Source of the DNA: Marsupella aquatica
Lineage: Eukaryota > Plantae > Marchantiophyta
Length of the DNA stretch: 64,000 bases
Reading direction: 5' to 3'
Assembly: GCA_973895155.1 (NCBI GenBank)
Contig: OZ316894.1
Location: 2,744,457 to 2,808,456 of the forward strand
The position numbers and the translations under genes are program-made. Numbering within the stretch: position 1 is the first letter of the stretch; every line of letters starts with the position of its first letter. Positions 52,469 to 64,000 of this stretch are shown piece after piece. The notes beneath the pieces are model-generated. The model searched no databases, was not told where the DNA came from, and worked only from the letters and a program-made list of their open reading frames with translations.

Positions 52469-53430
52469 TCTGGGTTTCCCTCTGCCGTCTCATCCAGTTC
52501 CTCCGGAGTGTCATCAATTTCTTCTCCCTTGTTTTTCTGGTCTGCTTTTGCAACCACATCCCTTCCTTCCCTGCATTCCCGAGCTAGATGGCCTTTCTTA
52601 TTACACTTGAAGCAGTGAAATGGAATGTTTTTAAATAGGATTGGTTGCCAAATGATTATGTCCTCCCTTATCTTAACTTGTGCACTTTGGGGCACCTCCC
52701 GCTCAGTGTCCCAAAGGATGCAGGCCCTATCATGTGGATAGGAGCTGTAGTCGTCTCCTTGGATGTAGTGTAGTAGCTTCCCAAGTGATTCTGCAATCTT
52801 AATTCTACATCCTTCTAGCACCAGAGATCGGAAAGGGAGCTCGATCCAAACAAGCACCTTCGTATATTTTGCAGATCTGATGTTGAATGAGGGGTCCCAT
52901 GGGAACGTAAATACCAATTTACGCTCAAGAAACCAAGGTGCTGATTCTAGAGCCAGATCACGATGATCTGCCTTTTCAAATACTATCAGGTAAAATCCTT
53001 TCCCCACAAATTTAACCTGTAACACTAGCCAATTCCGCCCCGCTACCATCCAGTCTTCCACCCATGCCCAAATAGTGGGTAGCATAGGGGTCCAGTCAGT
53101 AAAATAACAAAGCATTGCGCAGTTGTATAATTGCTTGACATTACTCATAGCTTCTTCCAAGCTCCATTCCACCGTAGTGTATAGCTTCGTGTTCCAATCC
53201 CCTTTTGAGTTTTCAGCAATCTCCTTTAATATGTTAATACATTTATCTGAAACCCCTTCCCTCCCTTTTCCTTCCGGATTCGCCGTTGTTGCCTCCTCGT
53301 TCAGGTTACCAGGACTCACGGGTTGCTGATGCCGAGTTGTTGTTGCTAAACCCGAAGGTCTGTTTGTTGTTGTGGAGGATCTCATTACCCTAGGCTCCTC
53401 AGTGAGAGGTGAAGCCACCATTTCAGCCAC
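52469..53430 (-). pseudogene. 5' fragment of a second L1 LINE (ORF1)
   Basis: KFVGKGFYLIVF..APWFLERKLVFTFPWDPSF..CFKCNKKGHLAREC; paralogous to 40262-41903. Confidence 0.9.
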
Positions 53431-54339
53431 CTCCTCATGCGCCGTTTGGACTCCTTGAGTCTCCCATGAGTCGGTGGCCCCTTGTGGGCTCGATCAGAGT
53501 TGGCAAATAAATCAAAGGGCTGTTGGGCAACAAAATTAGGATGGTGTTGTTGAGCCCTCTGCGGGCCCCAATCCCAATTTGGAACTTCCCCACATGAATC
53601 TGTGCACTGTATCTCAAGCTATCTTCACCGTGAGATGTCATATCGTAGCAGGGAGGCGCAGTGGGTAAAAAAGAGTAAAGCAGAGTGTCTTCTTATCTCT
53701 CAAATAGTTCCTCCTTGTGAAACCAGTAATTAATGCCAATCAACCCCTCCTCTCGAGGATTATCGCATCATAATCACCACCTTTTCTTACTCTTGTTCTT
53801 CCCTTCCCTTCACTGTTCCCCCAGCCTTCTCCCTAACCTATATGTCTCTTACACTTCTCAAATTGCCACTTTTTCCTCCCTGTTCAATTCCTTTGGCCAG
53901 CCCTATCTTTGGTGCTGTCCGTTTCTCTCCCATTTTCCCAAAGGCGATCTCGGCTTGTCCTCCTCTACCTCTCCTATGCTTCCTTTCCTTTAATTCCTTT
54001 CTGTCTTAGCTATCCCCAATCTCCATTCACTAGTTTCTCCAGTCCTCCATTTTGTCGCGGTATATTGCTATTGCTTCCCTTCTATCTCCCTGCCAGGTGC
54101 AACGGTTTTACCGTCAATCCTCAAAGTTTGCAAAACCTAATCACCTCCAAGGTCCGTGTGCTTACGATCCTAAACCATACTCAGCCATATTAATCTTGAT
54201 CACTTACGCCATCGCTCCTCAATCAATAGATCCCCCTCGTAATCTTAATCCCCAGAATCTTGATGATCCTTCTTGATACATTCCCAAACCAAAAACCCAC
54301 CGTGCACCTCAGCCCCCTTCTTCAGTCCCCAATTTCCTG

Positions 54340-55025
54340 TGTACCATAATGTCTTAACTTGTAGTTACCTTATATTGATTCTATAAGTTACGTACAACTG
54401 GGGTCAAACGGGTATAACCACCGTGACAGCAAACAGCAAACAGCAAATAGTTACTTGTAACAGCAAACGGATGGTAAAAATTTTGGAATTTTTTTTGGAA
54501 TTTTTTTTTGGAATTTTTTTTTTGGAATTTTTTTGGGGAAAAAATATTAAATTTTGTTTGTGAGTCGATAATTTTTGGCTAGCGCCCGGAGCTAGTAATA
54601 GCATCGCCTTACACTAGCAAAAAATTGTCATGTTTTAAATTATTTTGAAAATTGTGACTTTTAATGACACATTTTAAGATTGTCTAGTTTGCTCGTAACA
54701 GTAAATTTTTGCTCGTAACAGGAAAATTTTTGCTCGTAACAGTAAATCTGTTTGCTATTTGCTGTCACGGTGAAAACCCTCGGGTCAAACAGTACACCGA
54801 CCCTTGCAGCGGGCCTTGCAGATGTGTATACCAAGATGCCTTAACTTGTAACTTTATATTGATTTTGAAGTTACAAGTGGGGTCAAACAATACACTGATC
54901 CTTGCGGATGTGTGTACCAAAATATCTAAACTTGTAGCCTTATATTGATTTTAAAGTTACAATTAGGGTCAAACATTACACCGACCTTTGCATATGTGTG
55001 TACTATAGTTTATTGCCTTAACTTG
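54340..55025. repeat. ~80-bp tandem array interrupted by a MITE
   Basis: Units AACTTGTA..TTATATTGATT..AAGTTAC..GGGTCAAACA.TACAC.GA.C.TTGC. Confidence 0.8.
54410..54781. mobile_element. Mutator-type MITE (372 bp)
   Basis: Inverted ends CACCGTGACAGCAAA / TTTGCTGTCACGGTG with a 9-bp TSD GGGTCAAAC (54401-54409 and 54782-54790). Confidence 0.9.
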
Positions 55026-56939
55026 AATAATATGATATGGACCTTATAATTATAGTACCCAATTGATAATAAACTTAAGTGAGTCACTTTAGGTACAAAG
55101 AGCTAACTTCTCCATTTTTGGAATCCAACAAAGGGCAAATTTCACTTTCTTAATATGTAATGTGCTAAGATAACCATAACGATATGAAACAAAATTACAA
55201 AAGATTCATCTACCTACCAAGAGTATTGCTGTCTACAAATAAATTGCAAATTACGAATACTTATAGTTTTGTTAAGATTGCATAAATCTATTGTGTTGAT
55301 TCAAATAAAAGCTCTAAGTGTTGTGGTAAATAATAAATTTACTAATGTTTGCACATCCATATATGAAAATGCTATAAATTTTTAGCTTATGATAAATATT
55401 ACATGTGTGAAAATTAGATTTTAAAGTATAGATAGAGTCCATGCTTGATTTAGCTTTATGAGTGAACAACTTTAGCAATCATATTTATTCAATGTGGAAT
55501 AAAGCTCAGAGAAACAAACCTCTATTTCAAGCTTAGATGACAGCTTGGGGTTGTTTCTTAGTGATGCCAAAATTTGTCTGCAAACTCACACAAAATTGCT
55601 CATGTCAATTGAATGGACAAAATATCAAGTCACTTCACAAATAACAAATAAACACAAATTCTAGTCATAAAAAACATGCACTGATCATATAAACATTTAC
55701 CTTAATGGTAGTCACCATGAGAAATCTTAAAAAAAGATCTTGTATGCCACTTGAGTGTAGCTCCCCCTAGACCTTATTCAAACATATTCCTTGAATATAC
55801 ACCAAAAAAGTCATAAGCACAATCTCAAAACTCATTTACACATTCAAAAATAACCAACTACAGCTTTTTACTAAGTAGTCCCCCAAATTGACCCAATTTA
55901 GTACCCGCTCCCCCAAACTAAATTATTTCTCAAGTGCCCCCCCATTCCGTATGTTGGGTTAAGTAAACCACAGGAGTTAACCCGAGGGTGTCCGTCATTG
56001 GTCGGGTGCCACATGGCGAGGCGCTACTTGCCCGCGTGCTACCCTGGTCAAGAATGCCCGGTCCCGCCCCTCCCTCACCCCCTCTACAGAATTAGGGTCA
56101 TCGGGCCCTCCTGGCCAAGGATCACCCTGCTCCGGCCCAAAGACTCCCTTTGCCCGACGGCTACCCTGCCGTGGCCCAAAGCCTCCCAAGCCCGACGACC
56201 ACCCTGCTGTGGCCCAAAGCCTCTCAACCCGACCACTGCCCTGTGCGAAAACTCCCGTTTTGTGTTAAAAAAAGGTTCGAATGTTTCAACATTCGCCCCT
56301 TACATAGGTGCAACAGTTTTCAGACTTCGGGAGGGCGACGATTCCTGCAAGAGTGGGATGAAAGCAGGTGGAATGGATGGCCAGCGGCCTCCCATTGAGC
56401 TCCGATGACCTCCTAGCTGGCGTGTTGAGGCAACACGTTCTCCCAAAAGCAACCACCACTGTTTACACATTGCTGCAGGTATTTCACAATGTGGATGGCA
56501 AAAAGAAGGTCTTGGGCGAAGGGCAATGACAAGGAGGTGGGACGGGAGGAGTGCGTTCTGTGAGTTCTCCTCATGTGAGTAGCCAAGGGAGGGGATCAAC
56601 GAATCCGGTGGGAGCTCGGCATTGTAGGGCAGGCCCAAGTTTTGACAGAACTTAGGCTTAAACTATTGCACATTCGAGCCGGTTTCAAGGCAAAATGACA
56701 TTGTAGTGAAATGGTGCCGACTGTGGGGGAATTCTTGTGAGTGGCAGAGGGCAACAAAGGACAGAGGACCACCTACTGCAAGAGCAAAGGGAAGCTTGTG
56801 TTGTCTTCCAGAAGTTACTGTAAGTGCTATCAAGAAAATGCTGTATTCTTTGTTCATGAAGACTGCATGTTATTTATTGTTCCTCTGGTATAAATTTCCT
56901 CTGTTCCTCATGTATTGCTTGCTTTGTGGTTTAGGAACC

Positions 56940-59013
56940 ATGGAATCACATGAGTCCCTGCAGCTGAAAATCGGGAAAACATATGACAGTTGGGAGGACT
57001 TGAAGAAAGCCATTGTAGATGATGGAGTTAGAACTGAGAGAGTAATTGTGACACAGAAGAAGGACCACAACAAGTGGAAGGTAAAATGTCGGATGAATGA
57101 CAATATCCATGGGGAGAAGCAATGCCATTGGCATCTAAGGGCAACAAAAAATGTAGAACTGAGACCATAACGATCACTCGAACTCACCTAGAACACACAT
57201 GCGAAGCTGCAGACCATTACAAACATAGAATGCACTCTAATTCAGATAGGCTTGCAGATCGTATACTGGATATCATTTAGAAAAATCGGCAAACAAGAGC
57301 CTCATTCTTGAGAGATTCTACCCAAGCTTTAGTCCACCCTGACATTAAATATCACACTGCATACGCTGCAAAATAGAGATGTTTGAAGCGTCTTGATGGA
57401 GACCAGACTGAGTCTTTTAAATTGATCCCTGCTCATTGCCACCATATCCTACAACGTGATCCGGGGGCAGTAGCTAAGTATAGAGCTCCTGGAGGTCATT
57501 TAGATATGTTGTTTGTCTGTCCCTCTGCTTCTAGAGAATCCTATCGTCACTTCAGGCCAATGATTGCATTGGATGGCACCCACACCAGGTGTATGTATCC
57601 TGGAATCTTGCTATTGGCAACCACACTGGATGCAAATAATACTGTGATTGTTCTAGCTTATTCTTGGGTGCCATCAGAAAATGAGGTGAATTGGAGGATG
57701 TTTTTGAATTTGTTAAGAGAAGCCATTCCAGACTTGAGCAAGCCAAACACTGTCTTTATTTCAGATAGAGAGAAAGGTTTGACTGATGGAGTGCCAGAGA
57801 TTTTCCCGCATGGGCATCCGGCATATTGCACTTGGCATCTTGCAGAGAATGTGCATAAACACCATGGCAAACAAATCAGAAAACTCTTTGAGAGCCTACC
57901 ATATGCTGTGACTCCAGCAAAGTATAATGCACGGCTACAGCGTATTGAAGAAAAGAGCAAACCTGCTGCTGATTACATTAGAAAGACAGTGAATCCCAAA
58001 TATTATTCAAGAGCCTTTTTTCCACATCGAAGGTAAACAACTCCCTTTCTGTCTTTCTGAAATTCAGCTACAATTTCCAGTACAGGGTGCAGTTGCTAAA
58101 CTTTGCTTGTTTGTGACAGATGGGGCCATGAGACTTCACAGCAAGCCGAAAGTAGCAACCGTGCTTTCAAACCACAGCGGCAGGAAATAACCTTGAACAT
58201 GTCTTGCCAAATTTGGGATTATATCATGGTGAAGTACTTTGAGAAGAAAGCGTTGGCTGCAGGGATCAGTACCCCATTCCCTCCCAACATCATGACATAT
58301 TTGAGGGACGTTGTGGAGAAAGCAACTCATCTTACTGCTCACCCATCCAGTCAATCAGAGGTGAGGATTACTGATGAACGGAACATTCAGTTCATAGTGC
58401 AATTTGAACCTCACTGGTCTTGTAGTTGTGGTGACTTCCAAGACACTCTTCTGCCATGCATGCATGCTTGGCGGGCCTTGACAAGACTATACAAGAGACA
58501 TTATGATTATGTCTCCCCAATGTACCTTTCAGAAACATTCAGAAAACGTATGCAACTCATTTGCCAGCCTTGGTAAGGAGTGACTTGCTGCCAGATCCCA
58601 ATTGTGGTCCGCCATTGAAGAGGTGGAGGAAAGGGCGTCCAACTGAGAGGTTGAGGATGCATTTCAATGATGATGAAGTGTGTCGACTGCCTCGAAAGTG
58701 TGGACTGTGTTGTGACAGAGGGCATGATAGGCGGAATTGTCCCCAACGTGCAGCAAGTCAAGAGATGGTGGCAACTTCTCCAATGCAAGTTCATGACAAC
58801 AATGTTGCAAAGAAATATCAGAACCTTGACAGTGACAAGGACAGCATGTACGCAAGTGACATGGGTGGCACTGATGACTCTTCCAGCCCTGAAGAGACCA
58901 ATGACGAGGGCGGAAGTCACACTGTAGTTGGTTGGGGAACACAGGATAGTCTTGAAATAGGTAGTTTCTCTCAATTGTTGGCTACAGTAGAATCTCAGGG
59001 TGCAAATCCCTGA
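56940..59013 (+). pseudogene. MuDRA-like transposase
   Basis: LKIGKTY..C..CHWHL..HTC domain; DDE core IALDGTH, FISDREKGL, CTWHL, QAESSN; SWIM CSCGDFQDTLLPCMH; knuckle CGLCCDRGHDRRNC. Intron 58033-58119. Stops at ~57168, ~57278 and ~57373 and a frameshift at ~58550. Confidence 0.93.
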
Positions 59014-59365
59014 TGATCAACAGAACAGTTTCATTTGGTTTTGCAAACTTTTCATGGCCTGTTCTATGTAGACATGCATTTTTCAACACTCATGAGGAAC
59101 AAACATGTGTGATTCATGGCCTGTAATATGTACACAGGCTTCTTGTAACACTTAGAGGAATATATGTGTATGACATGATATTGTCTTTTTGCAAAAGAGA
59201 TATGAATTGCTTTTCGTGAGAATACTTTACAAAGCTTGCCACAAACTAGTGAAATGTGGACAGAATTACAGAGTAAATTAAAAGCCACGCCAAACTTTAC
59301 TTCTATGCACAACTTTAATTACATCAGTTGTAGAGATTGATCCATCAGGATAGTTTTCACATAGT

Positions 59366-60016
59366 CTACATTTGGCGGATTCCCCAACCAGACCTACTTG
59401 TCATTCCTTTTTGCATATACTCTACTGCCTCAGCCCTGGTCTTGAAGGACTTAAACTTGCAGCCACTAAATCCCCACACTTGTTTTTCACACTCATCCCA
59501 CGTCTCATAAATTCCTGGTTGGAAACCGCGCACGACAGCATAGAATTTCTGCTTCTTTCCAGGTTTCCATGTGGATGCAGGGCCTTCCACATAGTGAAAT
59601 TGCGGAGTCTCTATACCAATTGGTTCTGCCACCCAAGCTGAGCCCTGGACAAATCCTCTGCCAATTGCTTCTGCCACCTTCGACTCTGAGCCCTGGACAT
59701 TTGAGCTCTTTGCTGGTTCTGCCCTGATCACTTGTACCTTAGTCTGTGGGGTTACTTTCGGACCAGTCGTCTGCTCACATATTAACAACTCCTCTGGAAA
59801 TTCTGGTGCACTGCGCTCATGGCTCCCTGGGGCATTGGGGTCATGGTTGCCTGCTCGATGTCCTCTAGAATCCAAGGTCTGTACACCTAAGTGCACATAG
59901 TCTCGACAACAGTGCAGCAGATCCGAGACGACACGAAATGAGGTGCCAAGCACTCCAAGGATTGCCCAAATGCAAATAAGGAATGCCTTAACAAGCAATG
60001 TCCACATCATTGCCAT
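59366..60016 (-). CDS. MULE-borne 216-aa protein with an N-terminal hydrophobic segment and a C-terminal RNase H1 N-terminal (caulimovirus viroplasmin-type) hybrid-binding domain
   Basis: Intact ATG-to-stop ORF; KFYAVVRGFQPGIYETWDECEKQVWGFSGCKFKSFKTRAEAVEYM matches the YAV.G...G.Y..W..C..QV.G......K.F....A pattern. No RNase H catalytic domain follows. Confidence 0.88.
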   Translation of the reverse strand: MAMMWTLLVKAFLICIWAILGVLGTSFRVVSDLLHCCRDYVHLGVQTLDSRGHRAGNHDPNAPGSHERSAPEFPEELLICEQTTGPKVTPQTKVQVIRAEPAKSSNVQGSESKVAEAIGRGFVQGSAWVAEPIGIETPQFHYVEGPASTWKPGKKQKFYAVVRGFQPGIYETWDECEKQVWGFSGCKFKSFKTRAEAVEYMQKGMTSRSGWGIRQM

Positions 60017-60911
60017 CTCCTGCGCACCTTCACCCTTGCCCTCTCACTGCTGCCTGAACTCGCAACAACAACAATCACAATAGACTAGTAAACTCAGTCA
60101 CACAGAATGTCAATCAGTAGGGAATCGAATGGGGAAATTCAAATGTGGAAACATTCAAACTTTCTCTTCAGCAAAAACTTGGGACTCCCTCAACAATGCT
60201 AACTCTCTCAGATTCAAAATAAGCTGGAGGACATTGAAGCCTCAAATGTGAACAAGTGGAAGGATAGAGGTGCTAGGGATAGGGACGCCAGGCTTAGGAG
60301 GTCGTCAAACCTCAATGGGAGGTTGTATGCCTCCCCTTCCACCAACTTCCCCTTGCTGTTTCCCTTCCGCTCTTGCAGGACTTATCGCCCTCCCGAAGTT
60401 TGAAAATAGTCGCAACTACGTAAGGGGCGAATGTTGAAACACAAAATGGGAGTTTTCGCACAGGGCAGTGGTCGGGGTTGGGAGGCTTGCGTCCACAGCA
60501 GGGTGGTCGTCGAGCTTGGGAGGCTTTGGGCCACGGCAGGGTAGCTGTTGGGTGAAGGGAGTCTTTGGGCCGGAGCAGGGTGATCCTTGGCCAGGAGGGC
60601 CCGATGACCCTAATTCTGTATAGGGGGTGAGGGGGGGCCGGGACCGGGCATTCTTCACAGGGTAGCGCGTGGGCAAGTAGCGCCTTGCCATGTGGCACCC
60701 GACCAATGACGGACAACCTCGGGTTAACTCCTGTGGTTTACTTAACCCAACATACGAAATGGGGGGGCACTTAAGAAATAATTTAGTTTGGGGGAGTGGG
60801 TACTAAATTGGGTCAATTTGGGGGACTACTTAGTAAGCTGTAACCAACTATTCTCAAAGCATTAAATTATTCTATTATTATAAAATTCCTACAAAACTAA
60901 GGCTGTGACTT

Positions 60912-62390
60912 GAACTTAAAGCTCCCATGGACACACACCTTTGCCAAAACGCCCGGATGGACACACACAACTTGCATGGACACAAAGTGAACTTGGGATT
61001 TCGCTTGTATAACACATGATTCATTGTTTGGCAAAAGTGACCTGTAATGAGTTGTTTGACCGGGAACAAGAGATTTTTGGTTGGTAGTCCCGGTAGTCTA
61101 TCCATGACTCCGGTTCTTCTTCCTCGCAACAACCGACACATGGCATGGCTTCGAATGTGCATTCAGCTTTGCCTTATCCTCGTAGCAGAACCCATCCTTC
61201 GCGATGATTGCTTGCAAATTTAGGGTGGCAAAGATGAATCGATTTAGTCTGCTTCTTCCAATGCGGGTTTGTTTGCAATTGATTTAGCCAGAGAAAATGC
61301 TGAGACGCTGAGACTTGATTGATGGATTGTAAATTTAGGGAGCTAAGAGCTGAGACTTGATTGATGTATTGTAAATTTAGGGAGCTGAGCGACAGCACCC
61401 TTTGCACCGTATGTTTGCTTTGCAGCTGAAGATTGCTGGTGAAGGTCGTACGTAGCTGCCCTTTGCAGGTGATGGTCACAGCTGAACTTCACAGCAGGTT
61501 GCTAGTGAAGATCATCGCAGCTGAACTTTGCAGCCTCTGTTCGCAGCCTCTGTTTGCAGCTCAACTTCACAGCTGAATTGCAGCCACTTATCGCCTCCGG
61601 CTGAAGTTCGCCCTTTCAGCAGTTTGATAGAGCTAAGTTTGATTTACCCCTCCTGTTGCGCCCAAAATCCCTACCTCAACACTTTGAGCAATATGTGCTG
61701 TTGAGCGCTGCTAATGAGATGGAATTCAGTTGGCAAAAACACATTTTGTAAAAGGAACTCATGTTTGCAGCATAGTCCTCCGGCTGAGGTTCGTAGCACA
61801 TCCAACCATCCCTTTTGTAGCGCAACACAGCCAGCTCATTGTTTCGAACACAGCTTAGCCAGCCCCCATTTTGCAGCGTAGCGAGCAATCGCAGCACATC
61901 CAACAATCCCTTGGCGTTTAACAGCACAATGAAGCCAACACCATGTTTTGCAGTGCAGTGCAGTGCAGCAAGGCCCGGTCCCCCATTTCGCAGTGCAGCC
62001 TATGTACATTCAATCGAGACCCACATTCAATCGAGAGTCCTGCCATCGGGCCTGCCATGCCAAGGTGCGATCCATTCAATCGAGAGCCCTGCCATGCCAA
62101 TCTGCTTCCCCTGCCATGCCAAGGTGTGAAGCTGCCTTTTTGCTTCTCATCCCAGAATTAGCGCAACCTCAGGAAGTGTCGATAGCCAGGCCAGGTTAAG
62201 GAAGGAAGGATGGAAAAACTATGCAGCCAACTTAACTTCCGTTAATGAAAGACCTAGCCAACTTAAGTTCCGTTAATGAGAGACCGGAATCCATTTATGC
62301 TGTCAATGAAGGTCGCCATGACACTGTAATTTGTCTGTGTCCATTAGGGCCGTCGAAGCAAACGTTTGTGTCCATGGGAGCTTTAAGTTC
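60912..62390. mobile_element. Non-autonomous Mutator-type element (1,479 bp)
   Basis: 24-bp TIR GAACTTAAAGCTCCCATGGACACA with a 9-bp TSD CTGTGACTT (60903-60911 and 62391-62399); internal short repeats. Confidence 0.92.
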
Positions 62391-64000
62391 CTGTGACTTT
62401 CTATTGATTAGTAAAACATACATTTAAAAAACGGAAATGAAATCAATATGTTTCTCCTCTCATGAAGGTGGTTGTATATAAAGTTACCTTCTTCCCAATT
62501 CAACATGATCATTATGATTCTACACTTATGGGTTTTTTCTTTCTTTCCATTTGCCATTAAAATTGATGAGAATTTTGTTTTTGTCATTACTAGACAAATC
62601 ATGATGAATAAAGTACATTTTGCAAACAAAAAGTATACTTGTCTCCCCACAAAACAATTAAAAAACCAATCCTATAAATAGTTTTTGAGTTTATGAATTT
62701 GTTTGCTAGTGATGTCAACTTTTATTATGCAAACTTCAAATACTTTAAATTAAAAACATCTCATAATTTTAAAGACAAGTCCAATGCATAATTATCCATT
62801 GCACAAAATGTTGTGAGACAATGAAGTGCAGGTGATTGCCTAGCTCCTGGTCTCCAAGATAGCTCGTTGCTCACCCTTGTGATGAATAATTTATCACTCA
62901 AACAAGTGAGGTGATAGCTACACTCAGTGACAAGTTGCAATGTGAATTACACAGAGAGGTGAAAAGAACATGAGAGAGGTGGAGACAAACAAAGGATGAC
63001 AATATTATGTACCATGCTAAAAGCTCTTTCCAAATTCTTGGCACTCTATTTGGGCACATCATAGAGTTTTGGCAGACTTGATGACCAAGAAAGACCAAGA
63101 AAGAGAGCTAGTAAAACAAACAAATACAATATTACCAATGTGTAAAAAAACATTGAGCTGGACCCGCATACTAGTTACATTGAGCAAGCTATTCCTTAAA
63201 TTAATTTTGTATTCTAGGAACTTAAGTCACTAAGTTGGCCTAATAAAGTTTTTAACCTGACTAAATTAATCTTACCTAACCTGTTTAGGTACCCAATTGT
63301 CTTGACCTTCTATTACCTACTATGCATTTTTCTCTTCTAACCCTACTTTTGCTAACTGTGGTTACTTCTACTATAGTTACTCTATTTTTTAAACTTTAGT
63401 TGACAACTACTACTTAATCTGGCATCCAACACTGCCACTTTTTGGCCCTTTGAGGCTTCTATTGCCGTTTGGCGTGTTGGTTCCCCCCATCCATGGGGTT
63501 CACGGGGAATAAAATTGAAAATTAAATTATAATAAAAATTTATACTAATGGCATTTAAAAATCCAATTTTATATTCAACAAGATATTTAAGAATTTGTCA
63601 AAGTCGTATAATAAAAGGTGTAAGGATTTTTTTAATTGAATTTATTTTTTCAAATTTCATTGGTTTGTTCTCATGTGTTTTAAGGGTTTTACTCTAAGTG
63701 ATTCCTAGGGTGCCGTGGGTTGTCATTACCCTAGACTCTGGATACCGGATAATGATGGAGCAACTCCATGCCTGGGCTTCCACCCCATAATGATGTTCTA
63801 AAGAGACAAGGGGCTGATCCCACTAGAAGAAATTGACCCATTTCGATACCTGAATATGTCAGTCTTTTTGGTTTTTGTGACTTCATCGTGACCCTGGTTG
63901 CTCGACAAAATATGGATACCCAACCCAAGCAAAGGCAATGAGGTGATGCATAATCTAGAACAAGAGTTTCAAGAAGATCTAGAAGAGAGGCAAACAATCT

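Larger units (their letters stand above)
55861..60840 (+). mobile_element. Full-length Mutator-like element (MULE), 4,980 bp
   Basis: TIRs of roughly 480-490 bp (CAGCTT..ACTAAGTAGTCCCCCAAATTGACCC..), a perfect 10-bp TSD TAACCAACTA (55851-55860 and 60841-60850), and two convergent genes. Confidence 0.97.

Noticed and set aside
55998-56408. ORFs at 55998-56408 and 60312-60716 as genes
   Set aside because: They are mirror translations of the GC-rich MULE TIRs.

Overview
Eukaryotic land-plant genomic DNA with GT-AG introns, a plant LRR receptor kinase and plant-type TEs. A non-seed plant such as a liverwort is a guess only. One apparently intact host gene is present: a two-exon LRR receptor-like kinase (1471-5475, minus). 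The rest is a nested transposon landscape: a degenerate ~2.6-kb foldback, an L1-type LINE split by two CACTA elements, a MITE and an LTR, an ORF-containing solo LTR, several MITEs with target-site duplications (TSDs), and two Mutator-like elements. Most notable: (1) a complete 10-kb CACTA element whose transposase intron holds a SET-domain exon that splices in phase to the transposase's first exon; (2) a MULE carrying an intact second gene with an N-terminal hydrophobic segment and an RNase H1/caulimovirus-P6 hybrid-binding domain; (3) a 3.7-kb TG..CA solo LTR that carries long ORFs. All calls come from manual reading and motif recognition. No database searches were run, and coordinates marked approximate are approximate.
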